Under the pieces are notes generated by a model. It was not told where the DNA came from, ran no database searches, and saw only the letters and a list, made by a program, of their open reading frames with translations. From Bacteroidaceae bacterium (GTDB lineage: Bacteria > Bacteroidota > Bacteroidia > Bacteroidales > Bacteroidaceae), in contig JAZSLV010000003.1 in the NCBI GenBank assembly GCA_045535555.1, positions 2,117-66,116 of the forward strand: a stretch of 64,000 bases of DNA, given 5' to 3'. The position numbers and the translations under genes are program-made. This document shows positions 8,741-19,127 of the stretch, piece after piece (position 1 is the first letter of the stretch; each line of letters opens with the position of its first letter).

Positions 8741-10879
8741 TCAGAATATCTTGTAGCGGTTGTCAACAACCTTTGCCTGATAGTAGAGTTCCTCTATCAA
8801 AGCATTCATGATACGGCTTGAGGCCATGCTGCGTGTACGCAGTTGCTCAGACTTGTCATCCAACTCGGCCGAATATGAATCTGGAGTGATTTTCTCTGCT
8901 ACGAATACGCAATTCTCGCCCTTCATGGGAGCGGTAAGTTCATTCTCCTGCAGGTTGAATACGCTTGCACCGATAGTGGGCTCGTTTGCATAAATAGCAC
9001 TGATGTAGGCGTCATTGTTGAAGTTGACCATTCTGATGGTATCCATAACCACACCGTCAATAGCCTTTACCTCATCAAGGCTCTTTCCGGCCAACTGACC
9101 TTTAAGCATATCAAACTTCTTGTTTTTAAGTGCTCTGAGTGTCAGGGCGGGAGTTGCATCGGCTATACTGCGTACACCGCGCGGATGGATCTTCTCAACA
9201 CCTACTGCAAGCAGATGATCGTTGGCGTTACCAACCTCATATATACGTGATACTTCACCTTCCTGAGCCTCAAAAGCCCAGCGCAGTGCCTCATGTGACT
9301 TGGCCACGCCACCTATTGTATGAGTGTAGTTCTCATAGTTGGGATAGAAGAGAAGACCGAAATCTGAATTTTCGGCATTGTTCTTCAGATCATCAACAGT
9401 GGTGTTCTGTGACAGGAATGAACTGAGTTTGTTGTAAGCGGCATTGCTGGTCTCCTCGCTGAATTCAACAGGACGCTTAAGTACAGCAAGATTATACTTC
9501 CTGACTGGAGTCCTTACATCAGTAACCTTGATGATAAGGATTGCTCCGGGTATCTCAATCTTTGAAATCTCACCCTTCTTCATACCGTTAAGGGTGTTCA
9601 GGAACAATGCGTTCTCACCGCTGATGGCAGCCGGTTCATAAGAATCGGCGGCAAGCCACAACTCAGCGGCAGCCTGTCCGTAGTTACCTGCTATCGCTGC
9701 AAAATCAGCACCCCTCTTACCGGCAGCAGTCATAATACTGTCAGCACGCTTTGCGGCAGCCTCCTCATCGTCCATAACCACCTGGATCATGGCATACTGG
9801 ATAGAGTCATAACCGTTGACGTCAGAAATGTACTTGAATGCGTTGTAGGTATCGTCATCGGCATTATAATACGGGCCGAATACACCGCCTGCCTTTACTG
9901 AATCAATTCTTTCAGCTACATCATCGGGAAGGTTCTTTGCAGAACGGGCCACCTCACTGAATGCAACAGCAGAACCTGAACGGCGCAGGAATGCGGCATA
10001 GTCATCAATATCACCCTCCATCTGATCAACGAGTTCGTTAACCTCGGCAAGCAGAGCCTCACGGTCAGCCTCTGAAGGAAGAATCTCGTAGTCGATGTAT
10101 ACGATATCACGGCTCTCCGAGTAATTGTACAGAGCCGGCTTGAGTTCATTGTAAACGTTCTTTATATCCGATGAGTTGACATTGGCGTCTGCATCGGCAA
10201 TTGTTGTGTAAGGCAGGCAGGCAACCAGAACATCTGTTCTCATGATACGGTTCTTGAATGCGTTCTCAGCAGCAGCGGGGTTGGAGAGAATTGCACCGTT
10301 AACCAAAGCGGAATACTTCCTGTAAAGCAGATTGCTCTTAATGTTCTTCTCGATGAAAAGCCAGTAGTTGTATACGCTTCTGTAATACTCATACTCCTGT
10401 GCCGAAACCAGTTCGGGATTCAACTCGTTGAAGAAAGCCAGGAAATCCTTGAGCTTGTCAGAATCAAAACCACCCTCCTCATTGCTGAAAGGAGTCTGTG
10501 AAAGGACAGGATCTGCACCGCGATCGATAACGTCCCTTACCTCTGCATCAGTAACAGTCAGACCTATACCCTTTGCCTCTTTCTCAAGAATACGGTTACG
10601 TACCATGGTAGCCCACACCTCATCCTTGAGTGAGTTCTGATCATCTTCGGTAAAGTCCTGGATCTGGTTGGCAAACTTGACTACGTCAGTATAGACCTCA
10701 AGTTCATCCTGGAAATCCATTGCAGTGATATCCTCACCTGCTATAGTACCTACATACTGGATTCCCTGGTTGGGACGGATAATCTTCCATGCATCACCAA
10801 GAATGAAGGCCAGCATAGCAAGACCGATAACGATAAGAAGCAGTGGTCCTTTGCTTCTGATTTTCTGTAATGTTGCCAT
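8741..10879 (-). CDS. Periplasmic chaperone / peptidyl-prolyl isomerase, PpiD-like
   Basis: N-terminal membrane anchor MATLQKIRSKGPLLLIVIGLAMLAF followed by a long SurA/PpiD-like periplasmic region. The internal ATG at 10879 is preferred over the ORF-track start at 10942. Confidence 0.8.
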   Translation of the reverse strand: MATLQKIRSKGPLLLIVIGLAMLAFILGDAWKIIRPNQGIQYVGTIAGEDITAMDFQDELEVYTDVVKFANQIQDFTEDDQNSLKDEVWATMVRNRILEKEAKGIGLTVTDAEVRDVIDRGADPVLSQTPFSNEEGGFDSDKLKDFLAFFNELNPELVSAQEYEYYRSVYNYWLFIEKNIKSNLLYRKYSALVNGAILSNPAAAENAFKNRIMRTDVLVACLPYTTIADADANVNSSDIKNVYNELKPALYNYSESRDIVYIDYEILPSEADREALLAEVNELVDQMEGDIDDYAAFLRRSGSAVAFSEVARSAKNLPDDVAERIDSVKAGGVFGPYYNADDDTYNAFKYISDVNGYDSIQYAMIQVVMDDEEAAAKRADSIMTAAGKRGADFAAIAGNYGQAAAELWLAADSYEPAAISGENALFLNTLNGMKKGEISKIEIPGAILIIKVTDVRTPVRKYNLAVLKRPVEFSEETSNAAYNKLSSFLSQNTTVDDLKNNAENSDFGLLFYPNYENYTHTIGGVAKSHEALRWAFEAQEGEVSRIYEVGNANDHLLAVGVEKIHPRGVRSIADATPALTLRALKNKKFDMLKGQLAGKSLDEVKAIDGVVMDTIRMVNFNNDAYISAIYANEPTIGASVFNLQENELTAPMKGENCVFVAEKITPDSYSAELDDKSEQLRTRSMASSRIMNALIEELYYQAKVVDNRYKIF

Positions 10880-10979
10880 TTCTATTGTTGTTTTTATTCG
10901 TTTTTGCCTGTAAAAAAACCGCCAAAGCGGGTAAAAGCGCACAAAATTACTAAAAATGTTCTAAAACTCCAATAAGCGC

Positions 10980-12239
10980 TTATTTATTTAATGTCAGTTC
11001 AACCAGTTCAATCTTAGTCTCTCCGCGTTTGAGTATCCTGAATGAATAATCGCCCACATTCACCTTCTCATTAACCTTGGGGAATCCCTTGGTCCTGGTC
11101 AGTATCAGACCTCCAACTGTCATATATTCATCGGACTCCGGTATATCCAATCCGAACATGGAGTTAACCCTGTCTATCTCCATGCGTCCGGACAGCAGGT
11201 ACCCCTCGTCGGTCTTCTTTGCAATAAGGTTCTGGACATCATGTTCATCCTCTATCTCTCCAAGGATCTCCTCGATAATATCCTCCAGGGATACTATGCC
11301 CGATGTGCCGCCAAACTCGTCAACCACCACGGCAAGACTCTTCTTACGCGCCATGAGTTGTTTCATAAGTTTCTGGGCTGCAAGAGTTTCGGGCACAAAC
11401 GGCACCGTCTGTATATGGTCGCGCCAATCATCCTTGTGACGGAAGAGTTCGGACGAATGGATATAGCCGATAATATGGTCCATATCCTCCTCATAGACCA
11501 GGATTTTGGAATAACCTGTCTCAATGAACATCTCCCTCAGAGCATTCCATGAAACCCCTTTCTCCACAGCGCATATCTCATTACGGGGAACCATGCAGTC
11601 ACGAGTCTTTACGTTTGAGAAATCAAGCACGTTCTGGAATATGCGCACTTCCTGATCCGGTTGACTATCCTCCTCTTTTCCGGAAAGCGCGGACTGCACA
11701 AAGTAATCCAGGTCCACTTTTGAGAAAGCCTTGGCCGTATTCTCCTTATCGATCCGTATGCCCAGCATCCTGAGCAGCATCCTTGAGAGCCATGTGGTAA
11801 AAAGGGAAATAGGATACAGGATGATATAGATCAGATAGACGGGGAATGCCAGGAAATTCAGTTTGCCGTTGGGATTGAACCGGAAAATGGTCTTGGGCAC
11901 GAATTCGCCCACCACGATGACTATGGCGGTTGATATGAGCGTCTCTATTACAATGAGCAGGAACTCATTGGATATCAGTCCGTCCGGCATCAGCATCTCT
12001 ATCAGATGAGCCATCATCGTGCTATAGAGTACAAGCGCGATGTTATTGCCCACCAGCATAGTTGAAATATAGATATTGGGATTGCGGAAGAACCGCTCCA
12101 GAAGACGGGAACTGAATGTATGACGTTCCACATCCATCTCAAATCTGAGACGGTCGGCCGATACGAACGCAATCTCAAGTCCCGAGAAGAGCGCCGAAAA
12201 GAACAGCGCCACCAGCATTATGATGAGAGTGTGGCTCAT
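10980..12239 (-). CDS. CNNM/HlyC-CorC family transporter (DUF21 + CBS pair + CorC_HlyC; GldE-like)
   Basis: The N-terminal TM region, CBS region and C-terminal transporter-associated domain follow the typical order. An ATGA start/stop overlap links it to the upstream gene. Confidence 0.85.
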   Translation of the reverse strand: MSHTLIIMLVALFFSALFSGLEIAFVSADRLRFEMDVERHTFSSRLLERFFRNPNIYISTMLVGNNIALVLYSTMMAHLIEMLMPDGLISNEFLLIVIETLISTAIVIVVGEFVPKTIFRFNPNGKLNFLAFPVYLIYIILYPISLFTTWLSRMLLRMLGIRIDKENTAKAFSKVDLDYFVQSALSGKEEDSQPDQEVRIFQNVLDFSNVKTRDCMVPRNEICAVEKGVSWNALREMFIETGYSKILVYEEDMDHIIGYIHSSELFRHKDDWRDHIQTVPFVPETLAAQKLMKQLMARKKSLAVVVDEFGGTSGIVSLEDIIEEILGEIEDEHDVQNLIAKKTDEGYLLSGRMEIDRVNSMFGLDIPESDEYMTVGGLILTRTKGFPKVNEKVNVGDYSFRILKRGETKIELVELTLNK

Positions 12240-12826
12240 TTTGTATCGGTAATTGGGAACACCCCTTCGGTCTTGCGTATGGTATACTCCGTCAGGTTGC
12301 CGTTGGACTCAAAACCATGGCCTACTATTATCTGCTTTTCCTGTCTGATATGTATCACGCTGTCGGAGTACATCCTGTTGGTATGGTTGTTCACGAAAAG
12401 TTCCGGAGTGTCAAACTCCTCATTCCTTATGTTTTCGGCGTGAACGTTGCTTATCAGATGCCATATCTCATCATCAATCATATAGTATGCCGTATCGGCT
12501 ACGAGTTTTGACTCCACCTGCATAAGAGAGTCCAATATTTCAAGCATAACCCCCTCCTCCATACTGTAGAAAGGAGGCTTCATCTTGTCAAATATCTTCC
12601 ACTCCTCGGCAATCACATGATATCGTATCATGCCGTTCTCGGATATCAGCATATCCACTCCGCGGGTGGTTATGACCGATGTGGAGTCACGACTGGTCAC
12701 CGCCGGTCCCAACTGTTTGTCCTTGTTGGAACAGGAGAGGCAGAAAAACGACGAGACAACCGCCAGAATGACGGTTGCCAGGTACGTTCTCTTTATCATC
12801 GGTTCAAGACCGGTGGTTTGTATCAT
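12236..12826 (-). CDS. LptC-like periplasmic LPS-export protein (lipoprotein-type signal)
   Basis: About 190 aa with signal/lipobox ...VVSSFFCLSCS. The position upstream of the CorC-type gene matches the conserved Bacteroidales cluster. The assignment is by context and size only. Confidence 0.5.
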   Translation of the reverse strand: MIQTTGLEPMIKRTYLATVILAVVSSFFCLSCSNKDKQLGPAVTSRDSTSVITTRGVDMLISENGMIRYHVIAEEWKIFDKMKPPFYSMEEGVMLEILDSLMQVESKLVADTAYYMIDDEIWHLISNVHAENIRNEEFDTPELFVNNHTNRMYSDSVIHIRQEKQIIVGHGFESNGNLTEYTIRKTEGVFPITDTK

Positions 12827-14206
12827 TTATCTGATAGTGGTAGTCTCGTTTATCCAGCCCTTGATCTCTACCTGATCACCCACCTTGTATCCGAGCATGA
12901 ACAGGTCATCGGGCTGCGGGCACTGTTTCTTATAGGAGTTGATAAGCTCATTGGCCTTGGCAGCAACTGAAGAATCAACCTTCTTGGCCTGCTCCAGCTT
13001 ATCGATGACTGCAAAGTATGCGCAACGGTTCAGAGCGGGCTCGCTTGACCATTCATGCTTTACGGCATAGAGCTGAGCCATAAGGATGTATGCATCACCT
13101 CTGTTGGGGTTGTTCTGTATGCACTTCTGCAGGCATGAACGGCTGCGGTCGTAATTATCCTTAGCAAAATAGAGGGTAGCCATCAGATAGTAGGTACCGG
13201 CTATGCTGCTCTTGTCGTCATCAAGCTCAATGGCCTGATTGAAGTACTCAATAGCCTTCTCGGTATCATCACGCTGCTTGTAGTAGAGAGCACCCAGAGC
13301 CTTTGCTGTTCTGGCAGAAGGTTGGATGGCGTGAGCATACTCTGATGCAGCAAAATAAGCGTCGCTTGTGTTGCACTCAAACATCTGCATGATCTTAACC
13401 ACCTTGGTCAGATACTCCAGGTCATCCTTGTTGGCCTCGATCTTGGGACCGTAGATAGCCTGCAGAGACTCGCAGTCAGCGGCACCGCTCTTTACAAAGT
13501 GGCCGTCGATATTCTCCTTGACAGTGATAGCGTTCTTAAGGACGTCCTCGTCATCCTGATGGTTTGCAATGAATACGTCAATGAAACCGGCGCAATCCAG
13601 ATAATCCTGGATCAGAGCATCGCGGTACTCTTCATTATCCTTCTTGTTTGTATAACGTGTGGACGAAACTGCCATCAGGTCATCCAGGACATAATACTGA
13701 GTCTCACCCTGACCCAGATCTACAGCCTTACGAAGGAGTTCATAAGCCCTGCTTACTGATACTCTGGGGTTGTATACCCTGTAAGCATGACCGTACTGTC
13801 CGTAGATTTCAGCCTCGGTTACCTTGTTCTTGGCCATTGCATTCAACTGATCCAGATACTTGAGACGCTGCTCAAACACCTCGAAAAGTTCATTTGAATA
13901 CTGAGTCATAAGATCGGTGTTCTTCTCCTTCTTGGCGTCATTGTAAAGTGACTGAAGTATTCTTATGCCATATGTATAAGTGTTTACGGAAGCAAGAGGA
14001 GCATCGTGGAATACATCCTTCCAACCTGACTCGTAAGCCTCCTTGTAGTTCTTGGTCTTGACATATTCAGTATAGATACTGATGTTCTTTAAAGTGTTGA
14101 TACTATCCTGTCCGTGTCCGTAACGTGAACCGTCTTCCACGCCCTTCTGTGCATATACACCTGTAACTGTAACAAGTGCCAGGGCAATTAATCCAAATTT
14201 TTTCAT
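12827..14206 (-). CDS. Secreted tetratricopeptide-repeat protein
   Basis: Signal peptide MKKFGLIALALVTVTGVYAQ and recurrent TPR-like A/Y/L patterns (e.g. GDAYILMAQLYAV, AIEYFNQAIELDD). Confidence 0.8.
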   Translation of the reverse strand: MKKFGLIALALVTVTGVYAQKGVEDGSRYGHGQDSINTLKNISIYTEYVKTKNYKEAYESGWKDVFHDAPLASVNTYTYGIRILQSLYNDAKKEKNTDLMTQYSNELFEVFEQRLKYLDQLNAMAKNKVTEAEIYGQYGHAYRVYNPRVSVSRAYELLRKAVDLGQGETQYYVLDDLMAVSSTRYTNKKDNEEYRDALIQDYLDCAGFIDVFIANHQDDEDVLKNAITVKENIDGHFVKSGAADCESLQAIYGPKIEANKDDLEYLTKVVKIMQMFECNTSDAYFAASEYAHAIQPSARTAKALGALYYKQRDDTEKAIEYFNQAIELDDDKSSIAGTYYLMATLYFAKDNYDRSRSCLQKCIQNNPNRGDAYILMAQLYAVKHEWSSEPALNRCAYFAVIDKLEQAKKVDSSVAAKANELINSYKKQCPQPDDLFMLGYKVGDQVEIKGWINETTTIR

Positions 14207-14241
14207 ATCGTTTAGTTTAGTACTTTCATTAATAAGATATG

Positions 14242-14249
14242 CAAAGATA
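14242..14249 (-). promoter_or_regulatory. -7 promoter box (TATCTTTG on minus strand) for the TPR gene
   Basis: TAnnTTTG match 36 nt upstream of the ATG at 14206. Confidence 0.45.
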
Positions 14250-14274
14250 CAAATAAGTTAAATCAACGCAACTG

Positions 14275-15540
14275 TCAGTCTACCATCAGTTTCATGAACC
14301 AGCGTTCCATAAATGTCACTCCTATGTTGATCCTTATGTAGTTCTCGGATATCATTCCTTTGGACATCGGCTGGACCCTTATGTACTCACCCGACACATG
14401 CAGATTGGATATACTGTTGTATGAGGTGTTGAACGGCAGGGTAAAACCTGCGCTCACTCCGAACTGCATCGGACCCATGGAGTCGCCCACCTTGAAATAG
14501 GATTGCGAGAAATTCAGACCCACCTGATAAGAGGTACGCAAAAGCAGGTTGCGGCTCAAGCCGTCGGGTTTTCTCATGTATCCGACTGCGGCCGATACTC
14601 TGTCACTGCCTGTCTTCTGGCCAAAGAAACTGGCCTTGGACCATGTCTGATATGAGACATCGGCACCGATTATACCTTTGTTCCAATGATATGTAAAGCC
14701 GGCCGACATGAGATCTGGCATTGAGAATGCATCGGCTATGATGACAGTATCACTTACCGAATGCCGGTCTGTAACGTACGTATCGCTTTTGAGTGTCTGT
14801 GCAGGAGCGAATGTGGCGCCCAGGACCAGACTCCTGTCCGGTGAGAAAGACATTGTACCCTGCGCACCGAATTCATATCTGAAAGCGGACATCTCCGTGT
14901 TGTATGTCTTTTCTCTGGACTGAACCTCGGATGACGAGTATGTGTTGCTGATGTAATGGTTTATGTCTCCGCTCAGATAAGCTGCGTTAACACCCACGGA
15001 GAGCCACTTGGTGGGTCTCCATCCCAATCCGCCAAGAAACTGGCGGACTCCGCCGGAACCCGAATTGGTAATGGTTGACGTTATCTCGCCGTCCTCGTCA
15101 CGGCGTACAGGTTCAGTTTTGGAAAAGCCGTAGCCCACATTTGCAAAAGGCATGAAACCCACAGTCATTCCCACCTTGGGCAAAATTCTGAACTGCATAG
15201 CCATATGGTCAATGAAGGCATTGCGGGCGTTCACGCTTACTCCGTTCTCATTGAAATTACCGTTCTGCAGTGCAAAACCCAGATCGGCTATGAAAGTAAG
15301 GGTGTCAACCGTTGAATATGAAGCGGGGTTCTTGACATTCAGGGTATTGGGATAACGTAAGCCTGCACCTATACCGCCCATGGCTTTGGCCATACCCGAC
15401 GAGGGGTCTGACAGCAGACCCATTCCATATCTGGAATATGGTGAATTGACACCTGTTTGAGCCTTTGCCGGACTAAAACCGGTAAGGCATAGCAGAGAGA
15501 AAACCAAGACGGCTGTTATGTTCTCAAATACCCTTCTCAT
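14275..15540 (-). CDS. Putative outer-membrane beta-barrel (porin-like) protein
   Basis: Signal peptide ending AKAQ and an N-terminal SPYSRYGMGLL motif. Alternating beta-strand pattern throughout. Start chosen at the internal MRRVFEN. Confidence 0.6.
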   Translation of the reverse strand: MRRVFENITAVLVFSLLCLTGFSPAKAQTGVNSPYSRYGMGLLSDPSSGMAKAMGGIGAGLRYPNTLNVKNPASYSTVDTLTFIADLGFALQNGNFNENGVSVNARNAFIDHMAMQFRILPKVGMTVGFMPFANVGYGFSKTEPVRRDEDGEITSTITNSGSGGVRQFLGGLGWRPTKWLSVGVNAAYLSGDINHYISNTYSSSEVQSREKTYNTEMSAFRYEFGAQGTMSFSPDRSLVLGATFAPAQTLKSDTYVTDRHSVSDTVIIADAFSMPDLMSAGFTYHWNKGIIGADVSYQTWSKASFFGQKTGSDRVSAAVGYMRKPDGLSRNLLLRTSYQVGLNFSQSYFKVGDSMGPMQFGVSAGFTLPFNTSYNSISNLHVSGEYIRVQPMSKGMISENYIRINIGVTFMERWFMKLMVD

Positions 15541-16213
15541 TGAATTCTGTAATCCGGGCCAGTCCGCGAAGAACCAGATCCGGAACTGCAAAAGTAGTGC
15601 TTTTGGCTTTTATATCAAAGAATTCAGCATCGCCTCCGGTTAAAAAAACCAAAAGAGAAGGATATATGGAGCGCAATTCATTGACATATCCCTCCAGTTC
15701 CTTGCGGATTCCGTTTATCACTCCGCTCCGGATTGCGGTCGGGGTATCGTAACCGAACATAGGCATGTCACCTTGAGACTGAACCAGCGGCAGAGCGCCT
15801 GTATGTTCATGAAGCGCCCTGAACCTCAATTCTATTCCTGGAGCTATGTTACCTCCTTTATATATACCGTCGGCCGATACGAAATCAAACGTGACAGCGG
15901 TACCGGCATCCACCACAAGCAGGTCTTGTCCGGGTTTCATGGACCAGGCTCCGACAGCGGCGGCTAGACGGTCCATCCCCAACGAGCGGGGTGACGAATA
16001 TGCATTGGTCACCGGTATGGGAGTATCAGCAGTCAGCCTTTTCATGCCATGAACGGTCATCCACTCCTCAACATCCGGAGCCAACGGATGCACCGAGCAC
16101 CACATACCTCCGTCAACTTCCACCTTCATCATGTCATCCACATGACGTAGACGGCCGTTTTCCAGAACGGCGGCTTTTACTCTTGTATTACCAAAATCGG
16201 CCAACAGTATCAT
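15524..16213 (-). CDS. coaX: Type III pantothenate kinase
   Basis: MILLADFGNTRVKAAV N-terminus and DAGTAVTFD motif typical of CoaX. Start at the internal ATG at 16213. Confidence 0.85.
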   Translation of the reverse strand: MILLADFGNTRVKAAVLENGRLRHVDDMMKVEVDGGMWCSVHPLAPDVEEWMTVHGMKRLTADTPIPVTNAYSSPRSLGMDRLAAAVGAWSMKPGQDLLVVDAGTAVTFDFVSADGIYKGGNIAPGIELRFRALHEHTGALPLVQSQGDMPMFGYDTPTAIRSGVINGIRKELEGYVNELRSIYPSLLVFLTGGDAEFFDIKAKSTTFAVPDLVLRGLARITEFNEKGI

Positions 16214-16304
16214 AATGACCGCAAAAATAGTAACTTTAGATAAGTTAGGCTGCGCCAAGGAATAAAAAATGAACTAGTTCCTTTTTTCTCCACTTGGCTT
16301 GCAC

Positions 16305-16312
16305 TAACTTTG
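16305..16312 (+). promoter_or_regulatory. -7 promoter box TAACTTTG
   Basis: TAnnTTTG match 31 nt upstream of the ATG at 16344. Confidence 0.5.
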
Positions 16313-16343
16313 CACAAAATAAAAATACGCACATACTATAAAC

Positions 16344-19097
16344 ATGCTCAAGAAACTCTTATCCATTCTGGCCACCTTGCCGTTCCTTGTTCCCGGAGCC
16401 AAGGCTCAGAATGACAGCATAAACGCATACCTGCTGACTTGTGAGCCCGGCAAGGCCATATATGAGCTGTACGGCCACACGGCCATTTGGATTGAGGATG
16501 TAGGCAACGGTACGGACGTTGTATTCAACTACGGTCTTTTTGATTTCAACACTCCCAATTTCGTATGGCGTTTCACTCTTGGCAAAACCGATTACATTCT
16601 GGGCTATACCCGACTCAATTCTTTTCTGAGAGAATACAGGGAGCGCGGATCGGAGGTTTTTGCCCAACGGCTCAACCTGACGCCTAAGGAGTCCCGCAGG
16701 CTATATCAGTCACTCGTGGATAACAGCCGGGCAGAGAACCGGGTATACCGTTACAACTTTCTGTTCAACAACTGTGCCACAATGGCATTGGACAAGATTG
16801 AGGAGAGCATTGACGGCACCGTTACCTATAACAGCCCGGATACCACACAGACATTCCGCGACATACTTACCGCACACACCAGGGTCCGTCCCTGGAGTGA
16901 ATTTGCCGTTGACCTGATAATAGGAGCCGGAGGAGACGTACCTACAGGTTACAGGAGAGAGGCATTTGCACCCCTTTACATGAAAGAGATGGCCGCCACG
17001 GCTGAAATCACCGATACCGCCGGGGTGAAAAGGCCTCTGGTATTCCCCGCAACCGGACTTGTCAACCCGGACCATGGAGTGGATTTCGGGAAACCGGTCC
17101 TTACTCCGATACAGGTAATGTGGATAGTCTTTATGCTGGTATTGTTCCTTTCCCTGATAGGATGGTACAGGAACAAACCATATTGGATGATAGACACCAT
17201 ACTGTTCGGAATACAGGGATTGGGAGGAATAATCATAGCACTGATGTATTTCTTCTCGGAACACCCCACCCTGGATACCAACTGGCTGGTCATCTGCCTC
17301 AACCCGTTGCCGCTGGTTTTCATACCTTTCTTTATACGCAAGAGCCGTCGCAGCAAGGTATCGGTATTCATTATAATTGAGGCAGTAACCTGCATAGCCT
17401 TCCTGCTCTTCTCACCTGCCATTCCGCAGGTCATAGAGCCATCCGTAAAGATTCTGATTGCAACTTTTGCGCTCAGGGCATTGAGCACATCCATATTCCA
17501 GTTGTCGGCAAGACTCCGCGATGACACATCCGGCAAGACCTTTCATGGCAGGTTTCCGGTGGCGCTGATTGCAGCCCTCTCATTGTCGGCCACACTCCAG
17601 GCCAAGCCCGAGAAAAGCCCCAGACTGGTAGTGGGTATAGTTGTTGACCAACTTGACGAGGAGTGTCTGGAGAAACTGATGCCCATAATGGGTACAGGCG
17701 GACTTAAACGTTTGTGGACCGACGGTTACAACCGCACCAACGCCACCTTTGACTATGACGACATGGACCGCGCATCGGCCGTAGCCTCCATTCATACCGG
17801 AGCGTCTCCGTTTCAGCATGGAATAGTGGCCAGCCGATGGATGAACCCCAAGACTCTTGTATCGGCTTCTCCGGTCGACGACAGCGACAGCAAAGGTATC
17901 AACACGATAGAGAAATCATCGCCTCGCAAGCTCCTGGCAACCAATCTGGCCGATGAGATGAAACTGGGCTCAGGCAGCCGTTCCAAGGTCTGTTCCATCG
18001 CCATAGACAGAGACGCCGCCATCCTTGCGGGCGGCCATGATCCGGACGTGGTCATGTGGATGAATACCGATGACGGCCGATGGAGTTCATCGGACTACTA
18101 CGGAAAACTCCCCGAATGGGCCGATGCAATCAACGACAGCACCTGGTTCCTTAAGGAGTGGAGGCCGGCTCTGGCCACAAGTTCATACGTACCCATTTCG
18201 GACCACGACCGTTTCCGCCCTTTTTTTTACCTGCTCCGCAAGGGTGAGATAAGCGACTATCTCACCACTCCTTATGCAAATGACAAGGTCACAGAGATGG
18301 CACTTGCAGGTATTGAGGGTATGGAGTTGGGAGACGATGACACCCCGGACCTGCTTACCCTTACATATTACGCAGGCAATTTCCGTCACACCCCCAATAC
18401 CGTCTGGTCACTCGAGCAGCAGGATATCTATGTCCGGCTGGACCAGACGCTGGAGCAACTCATCAGCACCATCACGTCCAGGATAGGACTGGATAACGTG
18501 CTCTTTTTCCTTACATCAACAGGATATGTGGAGAATGCCACTCCGGAACTTGGAGGTACCCGTATCCCCACCGGACAGGTGAGCATGGAGCGCGCTACAG
18601 CCCTGCTCAGTCTCTACCTGTCGGCCAAATACGGAAGCGGCACCTGGGTAAGGACATTTTACCGCAACCATATTTATCTCAACCACGACCTTATAGAAGA
18701 CAAAGGGATGGCACTGCACGAGGTGCTTGAGAGTTGCGTGGACCTTCTGGTACAGGTTACCGGAATCCGCAGCGTCCTGCTTATGCGTGACCTTATGTCA
18801 ACCGTTCCCGACATGGAGGCGGTCCGCAAGCGTAACGGTCTGAACGCATCCTGGTCTGGTGACATAATCATCGACGCCATACCCGGTTGGGGTATTTCCG
18901 ATGAGAAAGCCGGAACGGTAATTTACCGCAAGCCCGTAGCCAAACCGGTTCCCTTTATACTGTACGGCAACGGAATCCGTGCCGAAGTAAACCACGAACC
19001 CATATCCGTAAGCGTCCTTGCGCCCACTATCTCCCTGATAACCCGCAACGACCCGCCCAACGCCTGCTCTGCGGTACCCCTCAAGAATCTGAAGTAA
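16344..19097 (+). CDS. Fusion protein: DUF4105 (Lnb-like N-terminal) + polytopic membrane region + alkaline-phosphatase-superfamily domain (917 aa)
   Basis: N-terminus YLLTCEPGKAIYELYGHTAIWIED..FNYGLFDFNTPNFVWRF fits DUF4105. Hydrophobic segments span roughly aa 250-390. From about aa 421, PRLVVGIVVDQLDEE...IHTGASPFQHGIVASRW is alkaline-phosphatase/PafA-like. Confidence 0.75.
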   Translation: MLKKLLSILATLPFLVPGAKAQNDSINAYLLTCEPGKAIYELYGHTAIWIEDVGNGTDVVFNYGLFDFNTPNFVWRFTLGKTDYILGYTRLNSFLREYRERGSEVFAQRLNLTPKESRRLYQSLVDNSRAENRVYRYNFLFNNCATMALDKIEESIDGTVTYNSPDTTQTFRDILTAHTRVRPWSEFAVDLIIGAGGDVPTGYRREAFAPLYMKEMAATAEITDTAGVKRPLVFPATGLVNPDHGVDFGKPVLTPIQVMWIVFMLVLFLSLIGWYRNKPYWMIDTILFGIQGLGGIIIALMYFFSEHPTLDTNWLVICLNPLPLVFIPFFIRKSRRSKVSVFIIIEAVTCIAFLLFSPAIPQVIEPSVKILIATFALRALSTSIFQLSARLRDDTSGKTFHGRFPVALIAALSLSATLQAKPEKSPRLVVGIVVDQLDEECLEKLMPIMGTGGLKRLWTDGYNRTNATFDYDDMDRASAVASIHTGASPFQHGIVASRWMNPKTLVSASPVDDSDSKGINTIEKSSPRKLLATNLADEMKLGSGSRSKVCSIAIDRDAAILAGGHDPDVVMWMNTDDGRWSSSDYYGKLPEWADAINDSTWFLKEWRPALATSSYVPISDHDRFRPFFYLLRKGEISDYLTTPYANDKVTEMALAGIEGMELGDDDTPDLLTLTYYAGNFRHTPNTVWSLEQQDIYVRLDQTLEQLISTITSRIGLDNVLFFLTSTGYVENATPELGGTRIPTGQVSMERATALLSLYLSAKYGSGTWVRTFYRNHIYLNHDLIEDKGMALHEVLESCVDLLVQVTGIRSVLLMRDLMSTVPDMEAVRKRNGLNASWSGDIIIDAIPGWGISDEKAGTVIYRKPVAKPVPFILYGNGIRAEVNHEPISVSVLAPTISLITRNDPPNACSAVPLKNLK

Positions 19098-19103
19098 TTT
19101 TAC

Positions 19104-19111
19104 TACCTTTG
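19104..19111 (+). promoter_or_regulatory. -7 promoter box TACCTTTG upstream of slyD
   Basis: TAnnTTTG match 16 nt upstream of the ATG, which implies a very short leader. Confidence 0.4.
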
Positions 19112-19127
19112 CACAAATTTTCAAGAA

